A DNA stretch of 64,000 bases from an uncultured Planctomycetota bacterium (lineage in GTDB: Bacteria > Planctomycetota > Planctomycetia > Gemmatales > Gemmataceae). The notes beneath the pieces are model-generated. The model ran no database searches. It saw nothing but the letters and a program-made list of their open reading frames with translations, and was not told the DNA's origin. This document shows positions 44,354 through 56,979 of this stretch, in pieces; the first letter of the stretch is position 1, and every line of letters starts with the position of its first letter. The DNA is taken from assembly GCA_963849325.1 (NCBI GenBank), contig CAWKHF010000012.1, positions 448,001 to 512,000 on the forward strand. The letters run 5' to 3'. Both the position numbers and the translations under genes were made by a program.

Positions 44354-45273
44354 ATGTTGAAGCGATTGCTGAGTGCTGGGGTCGTGGTGATGCTGCTGTC
44401 GGCTGTCGGGATGAGGTTGCTGGTGCGGCGCGGGAAGTCCCTTCGCCGGAGAAACCCTCGAAGGACGAGAAACCGGCTGCCGGACGCTTCGCCGTCAGCG
44501 ACGTCATCATCCAGGGCAACCAGCGCATGACGACGGAGCAGGTGAAAGTGCGGCTGCGCACGCAGGCCGGCAAGGAGTACAACGCGGCGGCCGTGGATGA
44601 CGATGTCCGCGACCTGTACAAGACGAACCAGTTCAGCAACATCCGCACGCTCGTCCAGGACGACGGACCCGGCCAGAAGAAAGTCTTCTTCATCCTGCTC
44701 GACCTGCCCAGCCAGGTGCAGAAAGTCACCTTCCAGGGTGCCAAGCACATCAAGGAGGAGGAGCTGCGCAACGTCACCGGCATCCGTCCGGGTATGCCGC
44801 TCAACCCCAACCTCAATCGCCAGGGCTGCCGCAAGATCGAGGAGAAATACGAAGAGCAGGGACGGTGGTTCGCCCACTGCGACCTGGCCAAGGGCGACAA
44901 GTTGGGGGATAACGAGGTGATCTATGACATCACCGAATGCCCCAAGGTCAAGGTCCGCAGCATTCAATTCAGCGGCAACACCTTCGTCAGCGGACAGCGC
45001 CTGGCCGCCAAGATCAAGTCGTCGTCGGAGTGGTTCCACCTTTTCGGCGGCACCTACAACCGCGAGATGGCCGAGGCGGACGCCATCGAACTGATCAAGT
45101 ATTACCGCGCCTTCGGCTTCCAGGACGTTCGGGTGGGGTTGGAGAAGGAGCGGTCGTCCGACGGCAACGAAGTGACGTTGGTCTTTCACATTCACGAAGG
45201 CGATCGCTACCAGGTCCGTGACAAAGGGCCGGAAGCCGATGGATCGAAGGACGCCTCGGCTCAAGAGAAGTAA
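44354..45273 (+). CDS. Stand-alone POTRA-domain protein (BamA N-terminus-like, no beta-barrel) (frameshift near 44425)
   Basis: GAGGAG RBS; signal peptide MLKRLLSAGVVVMLL; three repeats (DVIIQGNQR, KVTFQGAKH, SIQFSGNT..YYRAFGF). Confidence 0.78.
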
Positions 45274-45378
45274 CAAGCAACGCAACGACAGTCACGAAGG
45301 ACCGGAGGAGGTCTCGCTGCACTGTCCATTCCTCGGAGGCATGGACCGTCCCGCGAGACTTCCTCCGGCCGCGTTTCC

Positions 45379-45408
45379 TTGACGGATAAGGGGTTGGGGA
45401 GGTATGGT
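45379..45408 (+). promoter_or_regulatory. Putative sigma70 promoter for the rfbB-gmd-ugd operon
   Basis: TTGACG-N18-TATGGT about 40 nt upstream of the ATG. Confidence 0.45.
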
Positions 45409-45447
45409 CTGACCGGGCGATTTGCGAAAGTTCCGAGCGGGGGTGCC

Positions 45448-46475
45448 ATGATCTCGATGCTCGTGACGGGCGGTTGCGGCTTCATCGGCAGCAACTTCAT
45501 CCACTACATCCTGGAGCACGAAGCGGACGTGCCACGTCGTCAACTTCGACGCCCTGACCTACGCCGGCAACCTCGCCAACCTCGCCGACCTCGCCGACCA
45601 CCCCCGCTATCGCTTCGTCCACGGCGACATCACCGACCGCGCAGACGGTCGAGGCGGCCTTCGCCGGCGTCGCACTCCGTCATCCATTTCGCCGCCGAAA
45701 GCCACGTCGATCGCAGCATCCAGGACTCCGGCCCGTTCGTCCGCACCAACGTCGTGGGCACGCAGGTCCTGCTCGACGCCGCCCGCAGCCGCCGGCGTCG
45801 AGCGCTTCGTTCAGGTATCCACCGACGAGGTCTACGGCAGCCTCGGCGCCAGCGGCGCTTTCCGCGAGGACACGCCGCTGGCGCCGAACAGCCCCTACGC
45901 CGCCAGCAAGGCGGCCGCCGACTTGCTCGTCCGCAGCTACGTCCACACCTTCGGCTTCCCGGCCCTCATCACGCGCTGCTCGAACAACTACGGTCCTTAC
46001 CAGTTCCCCGAGAAGCTGATCCCGCTGTTCATCAGCAATCTGCTCCGCGACGAGCCGGTGCCGGTCTACGGCGACGGCCAGAACGTCCGCGATTGGATCC
46101 ACGTCCGCGACCACTGCGCCGGCATCCACGCCGTTTGGCGCCGCGGCCGGGTCGGCGAGGTCTACAACCTCGGCGGCCGCTGCGAGCGCACCAACCTGCA
46201 ACTGACGCACGCCTTGCTCGACGCCCTGGGCAAGCCGGCGTCGCTGATCCGCTACGTGCCGGACCGTCCCGGCCACGACCGGCGCTACGCCATCGACTGC
46301 GGCAAGATCGAGCGCGAGCTGGGCTGGCGGCCGCACGGTCGTCTTCGAGGACGGCCTGCGCGAAACCATCGCCTGGTATCGCGGCCACGACGACTGGATC
46401 GCCGCCATCCGCAACGGTGAATACCATGCAATACTACGAGCAGCAATACCGTTCTCTTTCCGCGGGACCACGCTC

Positions 46476-46479
<4 letters not shown>
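45448..46479 (+). CDS. rfbB: dTDP-glucose 4,6-dehydratase (several frameshifts)
   Basis: [56 protein letters not shown]. Confidence 0.93.
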
Positions 46480-47494
<1,015 letters not shown>

Positions 47495-47522
47495 CGAGAA
47501 CTTGTTTTTGGACAGGCTTGCC

Positions 47523-48478
47523 ATGCGTATCCTGGTGACGGGAGTGACGGGTTTCGCGGGGGGCCATCTGGCCGAGACCCTGCTGGCGCGCGGCGACGAC
47601 ACCATCGTCGGCCTCGAGCCGCCGGGCGTCGTGGCCGGACTCGTGGGGCCATTTGGCCGGACGTGTCGAGTTGCGCGGCTGCGACCTGTGCGCCGCGGAC
47701 CACCCTGGAAGCGATCCTGCGCGACGTGCGGCCGGAACGGATCTACCACCTGGCCGGCTATCCGCACGTCGGCCGATCGTTTCAGGAGCCGGACGCGGCC
47801 TGGGACGGCAACCTGACGGCGACGCGCGGCCTGTACGATGCTGTCGTGCGCTGGGGCGGCCGGCCGCGTATCCTCTTCGTCGGCAGCGGCCTGGTCTACG
47901 GCGAGAGCGAGGCCGCCGGCGAGCGGCTGCGAGGAGACGTGTCTGCTGCGACCGGACAACCCCTACGCGGCCAGCAAGGCGGCGGCCGACCTGCTCAGCT
48001 ATCAGTACACGCGCCATCCCGGGCTGGACATCGTGCGCGTCCGTCCCTTCAACCACATCGGCCCGCGCCAATCGCCGCAGTTCGCCGTGGCCAGCTTCGC
48101 CCGCCAGTGGTGGCCATCGAGCGCGGCCGGCAGCCGCCGGTACTGGAACCGGCAACCTCGGTCGCGCCGCGACCTGACCGACGTGCGCGACATGGTCGCC
48201 GCCTACCTGCTGCTGATGGAGCGCGGCCGAACCGGCGAAGTGTACAACGTCGGCTCCGGACAGAACTATGCCATGCAGACCGTGCTCGATCGGCTGCTGG
48301 CCCTGTCGGGCGTGGCCGTCGAAGTGCGGCAGAAGGACAGCCTGGTGCGGGCGACGGACGATCCCCGGTCATTCGGGCCGACGTCGCCAAGCTGCGGCGC
48401 GAAACGGACTGGTCGCCACGCTTCGCGCTCGATCAGACCTTGAGCGACACGCTGGCTTACTGGCGCAGTCAGGAATAG
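47523..48478 (+). CDS. GDP-4-keto-6-deoxy-D-mannose reductase (Rmd)-like extended SDR (several frameshifts)
   Basis: [35 protein letters not shown]; directly after gmd. Confidence 0.8.
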
Positions 48479-48573
48479 GGAATAGGGAATAGGGAATAGG
48501 GAATAGGGAATAGGGAATAGGCAATAGGGCAGAAACTTCTTCTCTAGTCCCTATTCCCTATTCCCTATTCCCT
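48471..48573. repeat. Inverted heptamer array
   Basis: (TAGGGAA)6 plus variants ... (CCCTATT)3. Confidence 0.93.
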
Positions 48574-48590
48574 GTTCAGGGAGGAACACC

Positions 48591-49903
<1,313 letters not shown>

Positions 49904-49913
<10 letters not shown>

Positions 49914-50023
49914 GGAATAGGGAGATAGGGAATAGAGGCGACGGAAGAAGCCTCACCTCTATTCCCTATTCCCTATTCCCTATTCCCTATTCCCTATTCC
50001 CTATTCCCTATTCCCTATTCCCT
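49904..50023. repeat. Inverted heptamer array
   Basis: Short TAGGGAA arm and about 8 CCCTATT units. Confidence 0.93.
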
Positions 50024-50219
50024 TCTCTGCTTCAAACTGGGCTTGCCCGTGTCGATCCCTTCGTTATAAGCAGCGCAGCCAGAAGAATCGTCCCGGCGCA
50101 AGCGACATCTCGCGCCGGTTCCGGGGAGACTGCTCATGACCGGGCCGGGTCCGCGCCGAGAGAGGAACAGGACGGCTGCGCGAAGGAGGGGCGGGCGGCA
50201 GCGTCCGTGGAGGACTCCC

Positions 50220-51373
50220 ATGCGATTCGCTTCCCTGATCGGTGGTCTCGTCCTGTTGTTCGTCCTGTCCGGCTCGCTCGCCGCCGCGGACGCCCCGGCC
50301 GAACGTCCGCACGGTCGTCGTTCCGCAGGCCCAGGTCTGGTGTGGCCCAAGCAGCTCCGACGGCCTTTATCCGACCAACCTGCTCCGCCAGGGCGACCGC
50401 GTGCAGGTCGTCGAGGAGTTGCCAAGCGGATGGCTGGCGATTCGTCCGCCGGCCGGTTCCTTCAGGCTGGATCAACACGCGCTTCCTGCAACAGATCGCC
50501 GCCAAATACAGCAACTACGTGGTAGCTTACGAAGGCTACCCGGTGCCGGTCCTCGTCGGCAGCAGCGTCAAGACGGATCGGCCGACCCGGTGCGGCGTCA
50601 AGCTGCCGCGCGGCGCCCAGGTGCGCGGCATCGGCCGTACCATGACGGACGACGAGGGCACTTGGCTGCCCATCGAACCGCCGGACGGCGAGGTCCGCTA
50701 CGTCCGCACGGAGGACGTGGCCAAACCCGGACCTCCGGTGCGCACCGCCGCCGCTTCCCCTCCGGCTCGGCCGGCCTCCACTATCCCGCCACCGCCTCCC
50801 GATGGCGACGCCCTGTGGCGCGACGCCGAAAAGGCCGAACGCACGGGCCGCCTCGCCGACGCCATTCGACTCTACCAGTTGGCCGGCGACGCCAACCTCG
50901 CCGTCAACCGCGCCCGCGCCGACGAGGCGTATCGGCGTGCGCACTGGCTCCAGCAAGCCAACACGACTACCAACGCGCCGGGCGGTTCCTACTACTACCC
51001 GGATCGCAACGCCCAGGCGACTCCGCCGGCGGCGAACCCCGTCCGTCTGATCGGTCCCTCGTCTCCAGGAGCGCCGGCGGCACAACTCGTTTCCACCCAG
51101 ACCGCCTCGTCCCCCTGGGGCACGTCATCTACCGCCGGGTACGGCCCACCTGTGACCGGACGACTGAATCGACCCTATCGCACCCTGGAAAATCAGTGGG
51201 TCTATCTCCTGATGAAAGAGGACGGCTCGCCGATCACCTATGTGATCGCCCAGCCGGGCGTCGATCTGTCAGGCTACATCAATCGCCGGATCGAGCTGTG
51301 CGGACCCGTCACCTATCGCTCGGACCTGCGCGGCAACCTGTTGAGGGCCGCCCAGGTCCGGGAAGTGCCCTAA
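50220..51373 (+). CDS. Secreted hypothetical protein with SH3b-like domains (frameshifts near 50305 and 50465)
   Basis: Signal peptide MRFASLIGGLVLL; YPTNLLRQGDRVQVV..GWLAIRPP; second repeat WLPIEPP. Confidence 0.7.
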
Positions 51374-51465
51374 TCCACGTTCCCAAGGATGGTGTCTCGT
51401 TTAGCCACGACTTTTGTATTTGTCGTTTTCCGTTCTTTCCGTGTTTTCCGTGGTGAAATGTCTTT

Positions 51466-52254
51466 TTAGAGTGGTGTCTTGGGGAAGGGGGGGGTCTCGT
51501 TATAGGTGTGCATCATGCGCTCGACCAACCAGTCTGGCGCCCAGCGCGCGAATTTCATAAACAGCGACATCTGCCAGGGGAAATTGTAGACCTTTCGTTT
51601 GCGTTTCAGGGCGCGGACGATGCGGCGAGCCGCCTCCTCAGCGCTGAGCAACCACGGCATCTTGAATTCGTTCACTTCCGTCATCGGCGTTTGCACGAAG
51701 CCCGGACAGATGGTCGTCACGGCAATGCCCTTGCTCCGTAGTTGCACCCGCAGTCCGTCCATGAAGACGTTCACCGCTGCCTTGCTCGACGTGTAGCCCG
51801 ACTCGCCCGGCAGCCCCATGTAGGATGCGATGCTGGAGACGGCGGCCAAATGGCCGCGCCGCCGTTGGAGCATTTCCGGCAGTACCGCCTCCAGCGAATA
51901 GACGATGCCCAGCACGTTGACGCGAAACATCTTCTCCACGTCGCCGACGTTGAACGGCTCCACGGTCGTCGGCACACCGACGCCGGCGTTGGCGAGGAGC
52001 AGATCGACCGGCCCCAGGCGGCTGGCGACGTCGCGGATGGCGGCGACGGTTTGCTCGCGCTCGGCCACGTCGGCGGCGGCGAAGGCGGCCGTACCGCCGG
52101 ACTTGTCGATCTCCGCGGCGAGGTCGGCGAGTTGTTCGCGCCGCCGGGCCACTAGTCCGACCTTGCAGCCCTCGGCGGCCAGCGTGCGGCTGACGGCCCA
52201 GCCGATGCCGCTGGAAGCTCCCGTGACAATGGCGACCTGACCGGCGAACGACAT
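51466..52254 (-). CDS. SDR family oxidoreductase
   Basis: TGASSGIG, NAG, YTSSK, PGFVQT. Confidence 0.92.
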   Translation of the reverse strand: MSFAGQVAIVTGASSGIGWAVSRTLAAEGCKVGLVARRREQLADLAAEIDKSGGTAAFAAADVAEREQTVAAIRDVASRLGPVDLLLANAGVGVPTTVEPFNVGDVEKMFRVNVLGIVYSLEAVLPEMLQRRRGHLAAVSSIASYMGLPGESGYTSSKAAVNVFMDGLRVQLRSKGIAVTTICPGFVQTPMTEVNEFKMPWLLSAEEAARRIVRALKRKRKVYNFPWQMSLFMKFARWAPDWLVERMMHTYNETPPFPKTPL

Positions 52255-52404
52255 ACGCACCTCCGCAATCCTGATACCGTCCCCAGGTTCCGTCCCACCG
52301 GCGCGACAGGCGCAGCCGGCGCCGCGGGATGGGGTCTTTCACTTTCGCGTCCGGCTCGATTCGCCGCAAGCCCGATGTGATGCCCCAGCGTGTTACAATG
52401 ACAA

Positions 52405-52459
52405 TCGGAGCCGGCAGCGTCCGCGAGGGAATGCCCCTCGCGGACGCTGCCGGCTCCGA
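52405..52459. repeat. REP-like palindrome
   Basis: TCGGAGCCGGCAGCGTCCGCGAGGG / reverse complement. Confidence 0.8.
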
Positions 52460-52476
52460 ACAAAACGGATGCTCCC

Positions 52477-55068
52477 ATGAAGCGCATCGCTGTCGGGATT
52501 GGGGTGATTCTTTGTCACCTTGTCACCTTGTCACCTTGTCACCTTGTCGCGGCGGCACCGAGGCCGAAGTGGTACGACGTGCAGATCTCCTACCGTATCC
52601 ATGCCTTCCGCAACGAGCGCGTGAAGCAGTATAACGAGATGATGCGCTTCCTCAAAAAAGTCGATTTCATGCGCGATCCGGAGGACGTTCCCGAGGACAG
52701 CGAGCCGGAGAACTCCCAGCACACGCGGCTGCACGGCACCATCTCGGCCCCGCATGCGCGGCAGTTGCTCGACGAACGACACATCCGCTCCGTCCTGCTT
52801 TTCCCGCACGGAGAAAAGCCTCCCGAGGACAAGACGCAGTTGGTCCGCGTCAATCTGGAGTTGTTCACCGGCCTGAACGCGGAGAGGCAGCGTCAGCTCC
52901 ACGAGCAGACGTTTGAAGTGCTGGCCGGCTTGCAGTTCCGCGGCGCGGTCGGCTACGACCATCGCGGCTTTACCCGCCTGCTCGGTTCGATGCCGTACAA
53001 CCGCCTGGAAACGCTGCTGACGGACCTGCGCGAGCAGCCGGCCGGCCAGCGGATGTCCGGGCCGTTCCGCAACGTCTGGGCCGTCCGCCTGGCGGAAGTT
53101 CTTCCCGGCATGCCGCTGCCGATGCCGCGTCCACGCCCGCCCCAGGTGCCCAAGGAGCAGGAGAAACTCTCCCCCGATCTCCGCGACGTGCTCAGCGACG
53201 CGGCCGCCGCGGCCAAACCGACACGCCTGGATGTGATTCTGGCCGCGACGCCGGCTCCGGAGGACAACAGCTATCGTTCCTTGCTGGCTCGTGCGGCCCC
53301 CGGCCTGGTCGTGGAAGGCCGACTTGGCCCGCTCGTCAGCGTCGTCGCCCATCCCGCCCAGGCTCCCGCCCTGGCCGCGCTCCCCGAAGTGACGGCGGTA
53401 CGATTGCCGCGCACCCCTTCGCCGACTGCGCAGCCGGCCGCGCCGGACAACACTCGTTGGCAGCCGCTGCTCCAGGCCAGCGGCGCCGCCCGCCTGCACG
53501 CACTGGGTCAGCGCGGGCGCGGCACGCGCGTGGCCGTCGTGGATGGCGACTTCCGCGGCTGGGAAGCGCTCGTCGGCAAGGGACTCCCGGCCAAGACCCG
53601 CCTCATCGACCTGACGCGCGCGCGCAACGCCGACTTGCAGCCCGATCCGTTCCCCGCCGTCGGTCCCGAACTCGGCTCCGGCACGCGCCACGCCCTGACC
53701 ATCGCGCGACTGGCCCCCGAGGTCAGCCTGACGTTGATCCGCATCGACCCCGCCGCTCCGTACATGCTCGAAGCCGCTGCTCGGGACATCAACGGCGATC
53801 CGATTCGCACCATCAACCTCGACAATCGCCGCGACCAACTGGAACGCACTCAGGATGCGCTCGACAAGCGCCGCGACGCCTTGCTGGAGGAACGCCGCCT
53901 CGTCCTCAACGACTTCCGCCAGGAGGGCGAGGCTGTCACACGCCGCAAGGAGTATTTCGAGAAGCAGAAAGCCTACGACCAGGACTCGGCCCGATATTAC
54001 GCGACCCTGGGCCGTTATCTGCAATTCCAGCGCGACCTGCTTTCGCTGCGCGGCATTCGCGTTGTGGCGTCGGCGTCCTCGTGGCCCGATGGGTTCCCCG
54101 TGGACGGCACCAGTACGCTGAGCCGCTATTTCGACGATCGGCCCTTCCGCGCCGCCCTGTGGTTTCAGGCGGCCGGCAATACGCGCGGACAGAGCTGGAC
54201 CGGCCTGTTCCGCGACGCCGACAGTAACGGCGTCATGGAGTTCGCCCCCCCCGATCAACGGCTCCCCGAGGGTCTGTGGACGTCGGAGCTGAACTTCCTG
54301 TCCTGGCGGACGCCGGCCGGACGGACGGTGCCGGACATCCCTGCCGGTTCGCGCTTCCGCATCACTCTCCAGTGGCGCGAGGCCCACGATCCGCTCTACG
54401 CCCAGACGGGGGAAGACCCCTATCGCAATCCGCTGGCCCGGCTGCGCGTTTTCCTGCTGCATCAGCCGGACCCCAGCGGCGCTCGCCAGCCGGCCGACGA
54501 CCTGGAAATCGTCGCTCAGTCGGTCGGAGTGCCTCAGCGTCTCGACGCCTCGCCCGGCTCGGCCACGTATGAGATCACCCTGGAAGTGCAGGTGAAGAAG
54601 GCCGGACGCTACGCCGTGCGCATCGAGGGCCGGGCGCCGGAGACGATCTATCCGCCGGGCGAGCCGACGCTGCCGGTCCTGCGCAAACACGGCGAACTGT
54701 ACCTGCGTCTGTTCGTGGCACCCCTGGACGCCACCGGCCGAGCGGTGCTGCACGATTACGTCACGGCCGCCGGCAGCCTGGGCATGCCCGCCGACGCCCG
54801 CACGGCGATCACCGTCGGCGCCGCCGACGACCGCAACCACCGTCAACCTTACAGCGCCGGCGGAGCGCCGTTTAACCTGGCTCTGCTGTCCAAGCCGGAC
54901 GTGCTCTCCTACGACCGCAGCGAGGGCACGGCGGAGGCTGCCGCCTTCGCCGCCGGCCTGACGGCGCTGCTCCCGCACGTCGGGCGTTCCCCGACGGCCT
55001 GTCTGCAAGGTCTGCACGTTCCGCCGGGAGGCGTACTTTGTCTGCCTGAGGGATCGCCCCATCGGTGA
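52477..55068 (+). CDS. Secreted subtilase (S8)-like protein, probably catalytically inactive
   Basis: GRGTRVAVVDG, QAAGN, PADARTAITVGA, KPDV, GTAEAAAFAAG. Confidence 0.7.
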   Translation: MKRIAVGIGVILCHLVTLSPCHLVAAAPRPKWYDVQISYRIHAFRNERVKQYNEMMRFLKKVDFMRDPEDVPEDSEPENSQHTRLHGTISAPHARQLLDERHIRSVLLFPHGEKPPEDKTQLVRVNLELFTGLNAERQRQLHEQTFEVLAGLQFRGAVGYDHRGFTRLLGSMPYNRLETLLTDLREQPAGQRMSGPFRNVWAVRLAEVLPGMPLPMPRPRPPQVPKEQEKLSPDLRDVLSDAAAAAKPTRLDVILAATPAPEDNSYRSLLARAAPGLVVEGRLGPLVSVVAHPAQAPALAALPEVTAVRLPRTPSPTAQPAAPDNTRWQPLLQASGAARLHALGQRGRGTRVAVVDGDFRGWEALVGKGLPAKTRLIDLTRARNADLQPDPFPAVGPELGSGTRHALTIARLAPEVSLTLIRIDPAAPYMLEAAARDINGDPIRTINLDNRRDQLERTQDALDKRRDALLEERRLVLNDFRQEGEAVTRRKEYFEKQKAYDQDSARYYATLGRYLQFQRDLLSLRGIRVVASASSWPDGFPVDGTSTLSRYFDDRPFRAALWFQAAGNTRGQSWTGLFRDADSNGVMEFAPPDQRLPEGLWTSELNFLSWRTPAGRTVPDIPAGSRFRITLQWREAHDPLYAQTGEDPYRNPLARLRVFLLHQPDPSGARQPADDLEIVAQSVGVPQRLDASPGSATYEITLEVQVKKAGRYAVRIEGRAPETIYPPGEPTLPVLRKHGELYLRLFVAPLDATGRAVLHDYVTAAGSLGMPADARTAITVGAADDRNHRQPYSAGGAPFNLALLSKPDVLSYDRSEGTAEAAAFAAGLTALLPHVGRSPTACLQGLHVPPGGVLCLPEGSPHR
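52512..52548 (+). repeat. Octamer tandem repeat (TTGTCACC)x4.6 within the signal-peptide region
   Basis: Read directly; encodes CHLVTLSPCHLV. Confidence 0.9.
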
Positions 55069-55101
55069 CAAATGATCGGTTTCTCTTGCGGGGAGTGCAT
55101 C

Positions 55102-55314
55102 ATGCCTCTGACGTTTGACGCGATTTACGAAGATGGCGTTCTGAAACCGGCCCAGCCGCTGCCGCTCCAGGAACACGAGAAAGTCCGCCTCACCCTTCAA
55201 CCTGCAGCGAATTGGGTGGAAGAGACTTACGGGATCATTGGCTGGAAGGGCGATCCTGAGGAGCTCCGACGCTTGGCGCTGGCTCCCGAATTCGACTTGG
55301 AGGAGGGGCCATGA
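55102..55314 (+). CDS. Antitoxin, DUF104/AF2212-like
   Basis: MPLTFDAIYEDGVLKP; overlaps the toxin start. Confidence 0.87.
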   Translation: MPLTFDAIYEDGVLKPAQPLPLQEHEKVRLTLQPAANWVEETYGIIGWKGDPEELRRLALAPEFDLEEGP

Positions 55315-55811
55315 TCTTCGCTGATCTGGCGGCCGGTGACACGATCTTTGTGGATGCCAATACGTTCATTTACCACTTCGCCCCCGACCCTGTTCTCGCC
55401 TCGCCCTGCGGCCAGTTGCTTCAGCGGATCGAGAACCAGGAATTCGATGGATTCACCTCCCTGCACTTACTGAGCGAGGTCGCCCACAAGTTGATGACCC
55501 TTGAAGCCAATCGAATCTTCGGCTGGCCCCTGATGGGAATGGCCAACCGCTTGCGGAGGCATCCCGCGGAGGTGCAACGGCTCACGGCTTTTCGGCAGGC
55601 GATTCACCAGGTCGCCACCAGCCGCATTCGCGTGCTGGCAGCGCCGGTGTCGGCCCTTGTGGATGCGACGGCTATCAGTCAGCAGACCGGCTTGCTCATC
55701 AACGATGCCCTGATCGTGGCTTTGATGCGAGCGAACGGCCTGACGCGACTGGCCAGCCACGACGCCGATTTCGACCGCGTGCCGGGCTTGACGCGCTACG
55801 CTCCTGTCTGA
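55311..55811 (+). CDS. vapC: PIN-domain (VapC-like) toxin
   Basis: IFVDANT, LSEV, NDALIVA, SHDADFDRV. Confidence 0.88.
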   Translation: MIFADLAAGDTIFVDANTFIYHFAPDPVLASPCGQLLQRIENQEFDGFTSLHLLSEVAHKLMTLEANRIFGWPLMGMANRLRRHPAEVQRLTAFRQAIHQVATSRIRVLAAPVSALVDATAISQQTGLLINDALIVALMRANGLTRLASHDADFDRVPGLTRYAPV

Positions 55812-55947
55812 GTGGGAGGACGGTATCGTCCTCACTCTCCTCCGAAGAGTGCGCGGGAGTTATCCGTGGAGTCAGCCTATCTTGATTCTTTCGTGAAATT
55901 CTGGTGGGATAGCCGGCGCGAGGGACGAGCCGGCCTTCCCTCGTCCC

Positions 55948-55977
55948 TTGACACCTTTTGAAGCCGACAGGTAAACT
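55948..55977 (+). promoter_or_regulatory. Putative sigma70 promoter
   Basis: TTGACA-N18-TAAACT upstream of the metallophosphoesterase gene. Confidence 0.55.
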
Positions 55978-56077
55978 TTACAGGAGCCGACTTTCCGGAT
56001 CATGCGGCCGCGCACCAACCACGGGGAGTGAGCGGGATCTGCCTTGGCGCAGCGCTACGACCCTGGGAGAGCCATGC

Positions 56078-56840
56078 GTGAAGGCGATCATCAGCGACAT
56101 TCACAGTAACCTCGAGGCCCTGCAAGCGGTCCTCAAGGACATTGAAAAGCATCCCGTCACCGAGATCTACTGCCTGGGCGACGTCGTCGGCTACGGGCCG
56201 AACCCCCGCGAGTGCGTGGACCTGGTGATGAAGTGCAAGATCGTCCTGCTCGGCAACCACGATCAGGGGGCCATGTTCGACCCCGACGGCTTCAATCCCC
56301 CGGCCGAACGGGCCATCTTCTGGACGCGCGACCAACTCGAATCCTCCACCGAGACGCGGCAAGCTGCGCGAACGGCGCTGGGAGTTCCTGGCCGAACGGC
56401 CGCGCACCTTCCGCGAGAACGGCTACCTCTTCGTCCACGGCTCGGCCCGCAATCCGCTCAACGAATACGTCTTCCCCGAGGACATCTACAACCAGCGCAA
56501 GATGGAACGCATCTTCGCCCTGGTCGAGCGCTACTGTTTCCAGGGCCATACGCACGTGCCCGGCGTCTTCACCGAACAGGTGCCCGACGACCTGTACCAG
56601 TTCAGCAGCCCCGAAGAGATCGACTACAGCCACCGGCTCGACGGCCGCAAGACGCTGTGCAACGTCGGCTCGGTCGGCCAGCCGCGCGACGGCGACTGGC
56701 GCGCCTGCTACGTCCTGCTCGACGGCGAGACCATCCGCTATCGCCGCGTCGAATACGACATCGAAACGACCATCAAGAAGATTTACGCCGTCCCCGAGCT
56801 GGAGAACTTCCTCGGCGACCGTCTCCGCGACGGGCGATGA
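56078..56840 (+). CDS. Metallophosphoesterase family protein (frameshift near 56365)
   Basis: [38 protein letters not shown]. Confidence 0.92.
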
Positions 56841-56979
56841 GGAATTAAAGGAAGAGGGGACCAGGAGCGAAGGACTATGCGTAGGTCTTTCGTTCCTGGT
56901 CCCCGGTCTTTTTCGCGTTCGCCTGTAGCCTTCGCGGACGGTCGGACGCACGGCCGGATGCCCCTGTGATTGCACTACC

